Origin: Parvibaculaceae bacterium
GTDB lineage: Bacteria; Pseudomonadota; Alphaproteobacteria; RS24; CBDDDD01
Reading direction: 5' to 3'
Length of the DNA: 64,000 nt
NCBI GenBank assembly: GCA_965226465.1
Contig: OZ245362.1
Location: 769,931-833,930, forward strand
Below are positions 51,650 to 60,828 of this stretch, piece by piece (position 1 is the stretch's first letter; each line of letters starts with the position of its first letter). The notes below the pieces were generated by a model, which saw nothing but the letters and a program-made list of their open reading frames with translations, was not told where the DNA came from and ran no database searches. The position numbers and the translations under genes were made by a program.

Positions 51650-52646
51650 TTTTTGACTTTTCCAGAAGTTTCTTAATTTCCTCCACCCTCTGCCTTGTAG
51701 AGAGAATAATCCCCCCCTCACTTTCCACAGCGACAATATCGGAAAGCCCAATTATCCGTAATGGTTTCTGTACGGACAAATAATTATTACAAGAATCAAT
51801 AGCCTCAATATCACCAAGCATCACATTACCCCCCTCATCTTTTTTAGCGACCTGCCATAACGCTTCCCACGAACCAATATCACTCCAACCAATATTGGCT
51901 GGAACCATCACCCCTTTTTTCGTTTTTTCCATAATAGCAATATCAATAGGCACAGCAGGGGCAGATATAAAATCCCCCCCCAATAAGGTTATTTTTCCCT
52001 GCTTTTCCGCCCCCTTCAATGCCCCCTCAGCAGCCGCCAGAATATCAGGCGCATATTTTTTCATCTCCGCAATCATGGTAGCCGCAGAAAAAAGAAACAT
52101 ACCGCTATTCCAGCAATACCCGCCCTCTTTCACCCATTTTTCCGCCTGCACCCTATCGGGCTTTTCACAAAAACGCAAAATCTTGCCCCCACTATCCGCT
52201 TGAATATACCCATATCCCGTCTCCGCCGCAGAAGGAATAATCCCAAAACAAACAATATTCCCCGCCTCCGCCAGCCCCGCCCCCTTTTCAATCAGGCGAT
52301 GAAACTCCCCCTCCTTCTCAATATAATGGTCAGCAGGAAGAATAAGCAGCAGCGTAGAAGGCGCAACACTAAGAGCAGCAACCGCAATGGCAGGGGCAGT
52401 ATTCCTCCCAGCCGGCTCAATAATATGCTCAAAGCTAGGATAATGCTCCCCCAACACCGCCGCCATATTCTGATTGGCAATGAGCACAGGCGGCGCATAA
52501 TTTTTATGCTTCATGCGCTCCACTGTTTTTTGGAGCAATGTTTTATTGTCAATAAGGGGTAGAAAAGGTTTTGGTTTTTGCGGCGTAGATAGAGGCCAAA
52601 GGCGTTTGCCTTCGCCACCACAAAGAATAATTGCTTGTATGGGCAT
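51639..52646 (-). CDS. manC: mannose-1-phosphate guanylyltransferase (nucleotidyltransferase domain only)
   Basis: 335 aa from ATG 52646, which is preceded by GGGAGA. The N-terminus is AIILCGGEGKRLWPLS, with PADHYI and GYGYI motifs. Confidence 0.85.
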   Translation of the reverse strand: MPIQAIILCGGEGKRLWPLSTPQKPKPFLPLIDNKTLLQKTVERMKHKNYAPPVLIANQNMAAVLGEHYPSFEHIIEPAGRNTAPAIAVAALSVAPSTLLLILPADHYIEKEGEFHRLIEKGAGLAEAGNIVCFGIIPSAAETGYGYIQADSGGKILRFCEKPDRVQAEKWVKEGGYCWNSGMFLFSAATMIAEMKKYAPDILAAAEGALKGAEKQGKITLLGGDFISAPAVPIDIAIMEKTKKGVMVPANIGWSDIGSWEALWQVAKKDEGGNVMLGDIEAIDSCNNYLSVQKPLRIIGLSDIVAVESEGGIILSTRQRVEEIKKLLEKSKNED

Positions 52647-52740
52647 TGGGTTCTCCCTTTTCTTTATCATGGCATAACTGGCAAAGAAGGTAAAATCTGC
52701 TATAAAGCATTATGGTTGATTTGAGAAGGAAAGATTTCTG

Positions 52741-54057
52741 ATGCGGCTAGTGATGATAGGTACGGGCTATGTTGGCTTGGTATCCGGAGCGTGTTTTTCG
52801 GATTTTGGGCATGACGTTCTGTGTATTGACAAGGATAAGGAGAAAATATCTTCCTTATCGGCAGGCAAGGTTTCCATTTTTGAGCCTTCCCTTGAGCGCA
52901 TGGTTCAGGAGAATATTGCCAAAAAGCGGCTTCGTTTCTCAAGCAATATATCCGACATTAAAGGCGCAGAAATTATTTTCATAGCCGTAGGCACCCCCGC
53001 AAGGCGGGGCGACGGTCACGCCGATTTAGGCTATGTTTTTGAAGCACTGGAAGAGATGCTCCCCCATTTACAGGACGGCATGACCTTGGTCACCAAATCC
53101 ACCGTTCCCGTCGGCACCGCTTCCAAGATTGAACAATTTCTCGCAGAAAAAGCAAAGGGCATTACCCTCGCCGTCGCCTCCAACCCAGAGTTTATGCGCG
53201 AGGGTGCCGCCATACGCGATTTCAAACTACCCGACAGGATTGTGATAGGCACCAACAGCCCCCACGCCATGAAGCAGCTGGAGCAAGCCTATCGCCCCCT
53301 ATATCTCAATAAATCCCCTCTTTTCTGCACGACACCGGAGACGGCTGAGCTTATCAAATATGCCTCCAACGCCTTTCTTGCCACCAAGATAGGCTTTATC
53401 AATGAGATGTCGGATTTATGCGAGAAGCTTGGCGCCGACATCCAGCAATTGGCGCGCGCCATAGGCATGGATAAGCGCATAGGGGCGAAGTTTCTCCACC
53501 CCGGTCCCGGTTTTGGAGGCTCCTGTTTTCCCAAAGATATTATTGCCCTTGAGCGCATGGGCGAGGAGGCAGGCTCCGCCATGCCGATTGTAAAAAAAGT
53601 ACGGCAAAGAAATGAAGACAGAAAAACCCAAATGGCAGAGCGCATTGACAAAGCATGCAATGGCGTGAAGGGAAAAAAACTTGCCATTTTGGGAGTCACC
53701 TTCAAGCCCAATACGGACGATATGCGCCAAGCCCCAAGCCTGACCATTCTGCCCCTATTGCAGAAAATGGGTGCCGAGATTTCCGTCTATGACCCGCAAG
53801 GAAAAAAGGAAGGAGTTGCCCTATTAAAAGGCGTAACATGGGCAAAAGACGAGAAACACGCCGCAAAAGGCGCAGATGCCCTCATTATTCTAACCGAATG
53901 GGAAGCCTTCCGCGCCCTAAACCTGCAGGAAATAAAAGCCTTACTAACAACCCCCTTTATTATTGATCTACGCAATATTTACACCTTGCAAGAGATGGAG
54001 GAAAATGGTTTTTCCTATCACAGTCTAGGTCGCAAAACTCTAAAAGGAGGCAAGTAA
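52741..54057 (+). CDS. ugd: UDP-glucose 6-dehydrogenase
   Basis: 438 aa with MIGTGYVGLVSGACF, NPEFMREGAAIRDF and GFGGSCFPKD (catalytic Cys). Confidence 0.95.
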   Translation: MRLVMIGTGYVGLVSGACFSDFGHDVLCIDKDKEKISSLSAGKVSIFEPSLERMVQENIAKKRLRFSSNISDIKGAEIIFIAVGTPARRGDGHADLGYVFEALEEMLPHLQDGMTLVTKSTVPVGTASKIEQFLAEKAKGITLAVASNPEFMREGAAIRDFKLPDRIVIGTNSPHAMKQLEQAYRPLYLNKSPLFCTTPETAELIKYASNAFLATKIGFINEMSDLCEKLGADIQQLARAIGMDKRIGAKFLHPGPGFGGSCFPKDIIALERMGEEAGSAMPIVKKVRQRNEDRKTQMAERIDKACNGVKGKKLAILGVTFKPNTDDMRQAPSLTILPLLQKMGAEISVYDPQGKKEGVALLKGVTWAKDEKHAAKGADALIILTEWEAFRALNLQEIKALLTTPFIIDLRNIYTLQEMEENGFSYHSLGRKTLKGGK

Positions 54058-55016
54058 TGTCAAAAAACAGGATATTGGAAAGAGGACGCCTCACCCTTGC
54101 TATGGAGCAAAAGGGCTTGGCGGAATTGGAAAAAACTCTTGGTACTGACTTTGTCAAAGCCGTTGAGCTTATTTTTTCCATGAAGGGGCGCGTTATCATT
54201 TCGGGCATGGGCAAGAGCGGTCATATTGGGCGCAAAATTGCCGCAAGTCTGGCATCCACAGGAACACCCGCACAATTTGTCCACCCTGCCGAAGCAAGTC
54301 ATGGCGATTTGGGCATGATAAGGGAGGAGGATGCCATTATTGCGCTCAGCTGGTCGGGCGAGACCCCTGAGCTTTCCGATATTATTGCCTATGGGCGGCG
54401 TTTTTCCATCCCCCTCATTGCGATTACCTCCCAAAAAGACAGCGCACTTGGCAAGGCGGCAAGTATTATCCTTCCCCTTCCCAAAGCCGAAGAAGCATGC
54501 CCCCACAAAATTGCCCCCACCACCTCAACGACAATGCAGCTTGCCATGGGCGATGCGATAAGCATGGCGCTTATGGAAAAAAGGGGTTTTTCACCGAGCA
54601 ATTTCCGCGCCTTCCACCCGGGCGGCAAGCTGGGCGCCAGCCTTTCCTATGTTTGCGACATCATGCATAAGGGCGAGCATATCCCCCTCATGGACGAGCA
54701 TAATACGATGGATAAAGCCTTGCTGACCATCACCGAAAAAGGCTTTGGCTGTCTTGGCATAACGGACGCAAAAGGCACCCTTTGCGGCATTATCACCGAT
54801 GGCGATTTGCGCCGTGCCATGGGCGAGGGATTGCTGGAGAAACAGGCAAAGGCGGTCATGACCAAAAACCCCAAAACCATCGCCCCCAATGCACTGGCAA
54901 GCTCCGCCCTGCTCACCATGCAGGAAAATGAAATACAAGGTCTTTTCGTAACCGAGAACAAGAAGCCAATAGGCTTTCTGCACATGCTGGATTTATTACG
55001 AATTGGCGTGGCTTAG
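54057..55016 (+). CDS. kpsF: KpsF/GutQ-family arabinose-5-phosphate isomerase
   Basis: 319 aa with a SIS domain (VIISGMGKSGHIGRKIAASLASTG) plus two CBS domains. Confidence 0.9.
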   Translation: MSKNRILERGRLTLAMEQKGLAELEKTLGTDFVKAVELIFSMKGRVIISGMGKSGHIGRKIAASLASTGTPAQFVHPAEASHGDLGMIREEDAIIALSWSGETPELSDIIAYGRRFSIPLIAITSQKDSALGKAASIILPLPKAEEACPHKIAPTTSTTMQLAMGDAISMALMEKRGFSPSNFRAFHPGGKLGASLSYVCDIMHKGEHIPLMDEHNTMDKALLTITEKGFGCLGITDAKGTLCGIITDGDLRRAMGEGLLEKQAKAVMTKNPKTIAPNALASSALLTMQENEIQGLFVTENKKPIGFLHMLDLLRIGVA

Positions 55017-55573
55017 ACAAGCTCACAAGCAATCCCCGTACCGCTCAAGCTACAATACCCATCAGGATTTTTCGCCAAATATTGCTGATGATAGCCCTCA
55101 GCATAATAAAAAACAGGCGCCTTTGTAATCTCCGTAGTAATCCCCCCAAACCCCTTTGCGCTTAGCATATCCTGAACCATATCCTTTGAGGAAAGCGCAA
55201 AAGCCAACTCTTCCTCTTCATAAAGATAAAGCCCAGAGCGATATTGCGAGCCGACATCATTACCCTGCCTCATGCCCTGAGTAGGGTCATGATTTTCCCA
55301 AAACAAAGCAAGCAAAGCAGCAAATGATATTTTCTCAGGATAATACACCACCCGCACCACTTCCGCATGCCCACTACCCCCTGCACAAACCTGCTCATAA
55401 GAAGGGTTCTCCCTTGCACCCCCCGCATATCCAACATGCGTAGAATACACCCCCGCCTCTTTCCAAAACAACCGCTCCACCCCCCAAAAGCACCCCATCG
55501 CACAAACCATCATCTTACACGCTTTAGGAAAAGGCGGCTGAAGCGGCGTATGGAGAACAAAATGCTGGCTCAT
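55013..55573 (-). CDS. msrA: peptide-methionine (S)-S-oxide reductase
   Basis: 186 aa with the GCFWG active site, GHAEVV and YHQQYL. Confidence 0.95.
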   Translation of the reverse strand: MSQHFVLHTPLQPPFPKACKMMVCAMGCFWGVERLFWKEAGVYSTHVGYAGGARENPSYEQVCAGGSGHAEVVRVVYYPEKISFAALLALFWENHDPTQGMRQGNDVGSQYRSGLYLYEEEELAFALSSKDMVQDMLSAKGFGGITTEITKAPVFYYAEGYHQQYLAKNPDGYCSLSGTGIACELV

Positions 55574-56313
55574 ATCGCCTCAATCGGACCCTCTCTTGAG
55601 GCGGAAAGAAGCTGCTGCAAATAGGGATTAGGGTCGCTTTCTGCTTTTTTTGCAGGACCATGCCAGCGCAATATCCCATCATGGAGAACGGCAATCTCAT
55701 CATAAAACTCCGAGAGGCGTGCCATCACCGATGTCACCACCAATATTGCCGCCCCGCTATCACGGGCAAGGCGGGCGATAAGACGATTGACGCGGGTGGT
55801 AGAAACAGGGTCAAGCCCGGCGGTGGGATTATCCAATAAAAGATATTTCGGCTTTGTTGAAATAGCGCGCGCCAACCCAACCCGCTTCTGCATACCGCCC
55901 GAAAGCTCGGCGGGCGAAAGCGAAGCAATACGCTCCTCCAGCCCAACCGCCTCCAAAAGCGAGCAAGCATGCTGGTGCGCCTCCTTATGCCCCATGCCCT
56001 TATAGATCTGGCGAAAAGAAATATTCTGCCAAACAGGCAGGCTATCAAAAAGAGCATTATGCTGAAAAAGCATCCCTATCTCATCTCGGATAGCAACAGG
56101 ACGCTTCAGTGTCACAGGCTGAATAGCACCATCAATAAGAATATCCCCCCTTTGCGGCTTAGTCAGCCCACAAAAACTTTTCAACAATAGCGACTTCCCC
56201 GCCGCTGTCGGACCAATAAGTGCCATAGACCGCCCCTTTTGCAAAGAAATATTGATATTATGAAGAGCCGCAAGCGCACCAAAATTAAGGCTGATATTTC
56301 TGGCTTCCATCAT
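55570..56313 (-). CDS. ABC transporter ATP-binding protein, MlaF-like, no cognate permease adjacent
   Basis: 247 aa with Walker A GPTAAGKS, signature LSGGMQKRVGLARA and Walker B YLLLDNPTAGLD. Confidence 0.8.
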   Translation of the reverse strand: MMEARNISLNFGALAALHNINISLQKGRSMALIGPTAAGKSLLLKSFCGLTKPQRGDILIDGAIQPVTLKRPVAIRDEIGMLFQHNALFDSLPVWQNISFRQIYKGMGHKEAHQHACSLLEAVGLEERIASLSPAELSGGMQKRVGLARAISTKPKYLLLDNPTAGLDPVSTTRVNRLIARLARDSGAAILVVTSVMARLSEFYDEIAVLHDGILRWHGPAKKAESDPNPYLQQLLSASREGPIEAI

Positions 56314-56319
56314 AGCTTT

Positions 56320-57102
56320 TCACCCTTTCCTCTCAAGGCGTTTCCACGGCAACACATATTTTGCGCCCTCATATTGGATATGGCGCACCTCAATGCCATA
56401 GGCGCGCGCCATATTTTCTTTTGATAATACCTTATCGGGCGGACCATAGGCAATAGCCTCGCCCCCATGGAGGAGCAGAACCTTATCGCAAAAGCGTGCC
56501 GCCAGCGAAACATCATGCAAAATAACGATAACGATATTGCCGCCCCCCGCCCGCTTTTTGAGAAGCAGCATGGTTTCCAATTGGCGCGCCGGGTCAAGCG
56601 AAGCACATGGCTCATCGGCAAGAATAATATCCGCCTGCACCGCAAGCATGCGCGCCATCAGCGTTGCCGCTTTTTCACCGGCAGAGATTTTGGAAGCCTG
56701 CCTACCCCATAAATGCGATATAGAAGCCTCCGCCATCGCTTCCCTCACGGCGTGCTCATTTTCATATTGGCGATGGGGCAGCCTTCCCAGAGCAATAAGC
56801 CGCTCCACCCGCATAGGCCAATATATTTCATGCCCCTGCCCAAGCCATGCGATATTTCTGGCACGCTCAAGGCGACCATACTGCGAAAGCGGTTTCTCGT
56901 TCAGCATAATCTCACCGGCACAAGGAGTGATAATACCCGCAAGCGCCCGCAAAAAGGTCGTTTTACCCGCCCCATTAGGACCCAATATGGCAACAAGCTC
57001 TCCAGAGCGAAACTCCGCCGAAAGCCCATTGACAGCGCATTTCTCCCCAAACCGCACCGATAGCTTTTCAACAATAAGCCTATTTCCCTTCACCACTTCC
57101 AC
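56320..57102 (-). CDS. iron-chelate/heme/B12-type ABC transporter ATP-binding protein (FecE/HmuV-like)
   Basis: 260 aa with Walker A GPNGAGKTT, signature ISAGEKAATLMARML and Walker B ILADEPCASLD. Confidence 0.85.
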   Translation of the reverse strand: MEVVKGNRLIVEKLSVRFGEKCAVNGLSAEFRSGELVAILGPNGAGKTTFLRALAGIITPCAGEIMLNEKPLSQYGRLERARNIAWLGQGHEIYWPMRVERLIALGRLPHRQYENEHAVREAMAEASISHLWGRQASKISAGEKAATLMARMLAVQADIILADEPCASLDPARQLETMLLLKKRAGGGNIVIVILHDVSLAARFCDKVLLLHGGEAIAYGPPDKVLSKENMARAYGIEVRHIQYEGAKYVLPWKRLERKG

Positions 57103-58892
57103 TCCAATCCGATATAAATCTCTCTCCCCGCCTGACGAAACCCCTTAGCCGTTTGATAATCCGCATCAAACAGATTTTCCACCCGCGCAAATCCATGCAA
57201 CGCCCCCTTAAGGGGTATACGCATATACGCCGAAAATAAAGCACTATCATCCAGCCTGCCACCACCCAAAGCAGGAATATAATCTCTCGCCCTCAATGTC
57301 AGCCCAAATTGTTTTTCGCTCGCCGTCCTATAGTCCAGCGAAACCCCCGCCCTATGTCTAGCACGGCGGATAAGAGGCTTATGAGTAGCGTCCCGAATAT
57401 CAAGATAGCTATAAAACAGGGAGGCAGAAAAAGCGTCCGATATCTCCCATTCTGCCGATATTTCCGCCCCCTTTGAAACCGTTGTCCCCGCAATTTGCTG
57501 ATACTGCCCCTGAAAGTTTCCTATGGAAACCCACTCTATCAGGCTATCAATCTCTATCCGAAACAACTCTATTGTCACCATGAAAGGCAAAGCAGACGGA
57601 CTGAGGCGCAAAGCAATTTCCACACTATCGCTCTGCTCAGGCTCAAGCTGCACATTACCATATTGGGGATCATAAAGCTCGCTCAAGCTCGGCGAGCGCA
57701 ACCCCGTTGCCAGCGAGCCCCTTATATGAACGCTTTCCTTTATCGGCATATTCCAAGAGGCTTGCCAATTTTGACTGGAAGCAAAGCCCCCTTTTTGGTC
57801 ACCCCGCCAAGCAAGACTTATCCCCCCCTTTTGCCAAAACAGCCATAACGCCTTATTTTCTGCGCTTTTTGCAAAAAAATCATTAGCTGTTTTGGAGGAG
57901 ATTTCTTCCCCCTCCCAACTTGCCCCAAAAAGCAGCTTGCCCTCTCTCGGCGATGCCCTACCCTGATATTCCACCCTTTGACGGCTACCCTCCGTGCGGA
58001 CAGAAAACGCAAATTTTGAAAAATGACTTGCCTCCTCCCTTATATCCATAATACTAAGCTCATGGGAAACATCATTCTGTATAAAGAGCATATTAGCACG
58101 CAAAGCAGAATACTGAACACGGCTAAACTCACCCGCCAAATCAGCAGGCATAAAATCGCTCCCATAGCCATCATAATCCACCCTATTTCTCCCCGCCAAT
58201 ACAACAAGCCCCATTTCAAGTCCAGGTGCCAGCGAGCGTTGCACCCGAGCATTCACATTACCATTATGATATCCGTCCTTTTCCTGAGATGGCACAATAT
58301 CCAAAGCAGAAAACCCCTTTGTCTGATAAAACCCCGCCCCCAAACCATAGGCAATATCACCCCGCTCCCCTTGCAGCGAAAGCCTGCTATTCTGCGTTGC
58401 AAAGCTCCCCCTCTCATGAGAAAACTGCCCGCTCCCCTCCCCCCCAATGGCACTATGAGCATGGATAGCCCCGCCAATGGTTTCGCTACCATACAGCACC
58501 CCCTCCGAGCCTTTGACAATCTCAATATGAGAAAGCCCGCCCGCCGCCAAATGAGAAAAAGCCGCCTGCTGGCTATAAGGATTATTGAGAATAATCCCAT
58601 CATATAAGAGCTTCACATATTTACTCCCCAGCCCCCGCAAATATATATCCGAAAACGTCCCCTTACCGCCGCTTTGATAAAAATCCGCAACCCCCGTCTT
58701 GGTCAAAACATCCTGCAAAAAGCTGACCTGATAGCCCTCCATCTCCTCTTTGGTAATCACAATCGCACCATAAGGATTATCCAAAGCAGGACTTGGCAGC
58801 TTATCGCCCAATACAATAATCTCCTCACGCTCGCCAGCATAAATCGGCTGAGAGATACAAAACAGCAAAGAAAAAATAATGCCCCTCATCAT
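57090..58892 (-). CDS. TonB-dependent receptor, BtuB-like size class
   Basis: 600 aa with a signal peptide, a plug domain (VSFLQDVLTKTGVADFYQSGGKGTFSDIYLRGLGSKYVKLLYDGIILN) and the C-terminal beta-barrel terminus ...IYIGLEWKW. Confidence 0.9.
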   Translation of the reverse strand: MMRGIIFSLLFCISQPIYAGEREEIIVLGDKLPSPALDNPYGAIVITKEEMEGYQVSFLQDVLTKTGVADFYQSGGKGTFSDIYLRGLGSKYVKLLYDGIILNNPYSQQAAFSHLAAGGLSHIEIVKGSEGVLYGSETIGGAIHAHSAIGGEGSGQFSHERGSFATQNSRLSLQGERGDIAYGLGAGFYQTKGFSALDIVPSQEKDGYHNGNVNARVQRSLAPGLEMGLVVLAGRNRVDYDGYGSDFMPADLAGEFSRVQYSALRANMLFIQNDVSHELSIMDIREEASHFSKFAFSVRTEGSRQRVEYQGRASPREGKLLFGASWEGEEISSKTANDFFAKSAENKALWLFWQKGGISLAWRGDQKGGFASSQNWQASWNMPIKESVHIRGSLATGLRSPSLSELYDPQYGNVQLEPEQSDSVEIALRLSPSALPFMVTIELFRIEIDSLIEWVSIGNFQGQYQQIAGTTVSKGAEISAEWEISDAFSASLFYSYLDIRDATHKPLIRRARHRAGVSLDYRTASEKQFGLTLRARDYIPALGGGRLDDSALFSAYMRIPLKGALHGFARVENLFDADYQTAKGFRQAGREIYIGLEWKW

Positions 58893-59893
58893 GAGCGGTG
58901 CATATGAGAGATAAGAAATAAAAACACAGGCACACCCAAAAGAGCGGTCAATACGCCAAGCTTAATCTCACCGCCCGCACTTGGTATGATGCGCACGATA
59001 CTATCCGCCAGCCCCACCAATATTGCGCCCAGCATTGCCGATGGCAAAAGGGTTTTTGAAGGCTCATGGTCAACAAAATGGCGCACCATATGAGGCACGA
59101 TAAGCCCGACAAAGCCAACCACGCCCGAGACAGAAACCGCAGCCCCCACCGCCAAAGCAATCCCCAAAGCAATTTGCAAATATAAGGCTTGTATATTGAC
59201 CCCCATTGAGAGCGCCACTTCATCACCCAGCGCAAGAGCGTCCAATCCCCGCCCACAAAAAAGCAGAATGACACCGCCCGCCATGATTAACGGCAAAGCA
59301 AGCACAACATGCTGCATGGAGCTATCCTCCACCGAGCCAAGCAGCCAAAAAGCAATTTCCAACGCCGCAAAAGGGTTCGGCGCAAGATTGAGCAGCAGCG
59401 ATATGCCCGCCCCCGCAAAAGCACTAATGGCAAAGCCGGCAAGAATTATCCTCAAATTGCTTGCCATGCGCCCCGAAAGAATCAGCAAAAGCCATACCGA
59501 TAAAAACGCCCCCAATGCAGCGATAATCGGCACAATATGCGAAAACTGACTGGCAATGCCAAAATAAATCATCGCCACCGCCCCCAATGCAGCAACATTG
59601 GAAGCCCCCAAAAGAGAAGGCTCCGCCAAGGGATTTCGCAATAATGCCTGTATGGCAGCCCCCGAAATACCAAGCGCCGCCCCAATAGCAAGGGCTAAAA
59701 TGAGGCGCGGCAGGCGAATATCAAAAAAGATAATCTTGGCAAACTCCGACCCCCGCCCCGATAATAAAGCCGACAAATCAAAAAGCCCAAGCCCCGCCTG
59801 CCCAACGCCAATGGAGAGCAAAGCCGTAATGGCGAGCAAAAAGAATAATAGGGCATATAAAATAAAGCGCGGGCGCATATAAGCAGATTGCAT
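58889..59893 (-). CDS. FecCD-family ABC transporter permease
   Basis: 334 aa with about 9-10 TM helices and FecCD blocks (RLPRLILALAIGAALGISGAAIQALLRNPLAEPSLLG, GEIKLGVLTALLGVPVFLFL). Confidence 0.9.
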   Translation of the reverse strand: MQSAYMRPRFILYALLFFLLAITALLSIGVGQAGLGLFDLSALLSGRGSEFAKIIFFDIRLPRLILALAIGAALGISGAAIQALLRNPLAEPSLLGASNVAALGAVAMIYFGIASQFSHIVPIIAALGAFLSVWLLLILSGRMASNLRIILAGFAISAFAGAGISLLLNLAPNPFAALEIAFWLLGSVEDSSMQHVVLALPLIMAGGVILLFCGRGLDALALGDEVALSMGVNIQALYLQIALGIALAVGAAVSVSGVVGFVGLIVPHMVRHFVDHEPSKTLLPSAMLGAILVGLADSIVRIIPSAGGEIKLGVLTALLGVPVFLFLISHMHRS

Positions 59894-59934
59894 TGGGCAA
59901 AAAGTGAATGCAAGATGAAAGATAGGAGGAAGGC

Positions 59935-60741
59935 GTGAAATATTTTTCTTTTATCTATTGCCTATTTTTTCTGCTTTTGGGAACAGAGGCTTCCGGTGAG
60001 CGTCCGAAAATTGTAAGCGCGAGCCTTTGCGGTGACGCCTATCTGCTTGCGCTCAATGCCGATGAGCAGATAATTGCGCTCAGCCATTTATCAAAAAACA
60101 CCGAGCTATCCATGATTGCCGATAGGGCGCAAGGTTTTGCGACCACCAGCGGCTCGGCGGAGCATATCCTATCGCTTGCCCCCGATATTGTGATAGCCCA
60201 CAGCTTCACGCCGCCGCACCGCTTGGAGATATTGCGGCGGGCGGGCATAAAACTGGTCGTGATAGAGGCAAGCCGCAATATGGCGCAGATGGAAGAGGAG
60301 GCAATGGCAATCGGCAACGCCATAGAACGCACCCAAGAGGCAAAGAGCTGGCTCCACACCATGCAAAAGCGGATAAAACAATTGGAGCAGAAAAAAAGAA
60401 ACATCAGCATCATCCATTATCAAAGACGAGGGCTGGCAACGGGAAAGCTCAGCTATCTAAACGACCTCATGGAAAAAGCAGGGCTAACCAATCTCGGCGC
60501 CAAAAATGGCACGATAGAAAGACTTGGACTGGAGGCACTTATCCGCCTCTCCCCCGATTATATTCTCTTCACCAGCGCCCAAACCCCACCACAAGATAGA
60601 GGCGAAGCCCTACTGCACCACCCCGCCATTGAAAAACATTTCTCACAGGAACAAAGGATATATCTGCCAAGCTCCCTTTTTACCTGCGCCGGACCCTTTG
60701 CCGCCGAGGCATTGGAGCGGCTACAACAAGCTATAAAGTAG
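59935..60741 (+). CDS. periplasmic substrate-binding protein (BtuF/HmuT-like, Peripla_BP_2)
   Basis: 268 aa with a GTG start after AGGAGGA and a signal peptide. It is divergent from the permease gene. Confidence 0.8.
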   Translation: MKYFSFIYCLFFLLLGTEASGERPKIVSASLCGDAYLLALNADEQIIALSHLSKNTELSMIADRAQGFATTSGSAEHILSLAPDIVIAHSFTPPHRLEILRRAGIKLVVIEASRNMAQMEEEAMAIGNAIERTQEAKSWLHTMQKRIKQLEQKKRNISIIHYQRRGLATGKLSYLNDLMEKAGLTNLGAKNGTIERLGLEALIRLSPDYILFTSAQTPPQDRGEALLHHPAIEKHFSQEQRIYLPSSLFTCAGPFAAEALERLQQAIK

Positions 60742-60810
60742 TATTTATTATCAAAATAAAGACTTGAAACCCCGATTTTTTCTGATATTCTATAAAAAGT
60801 AGTATTTATT
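60735..60810 (+). repeat. two copies of AAAGTAGTATTTATT (15/15) 61 nt apart, each preceded by CTATA
   Basis: Copy 1 is at 60735-60749 and spans the stop codon of the binding-protein gene. Copy 2 is at 60796-60810, 18 nt upstream of the GntR gene start. Confidence 0.85.
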
Positions 60811-60828
60811 CAGGAAAATATCGCCACC

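Noticed and set aside
56537-57148. 203-aa plus-strand ORF, and similar ORFs at 58023-58607 and 7560-8225
   Set aside because: All are antisense to well-supported genes (ABC ATPase, TonB receptor, ybjN/proC) and are shadow ORFs.
59894-59934. Fur/Irr/RirA iron box in the 41-nt divergent promoter of the uptake operon
   Set aside because: No convincing match to a Fur box, ICE motif or IRO motif was seen by eye. The region is mostly occupied by the RBS.
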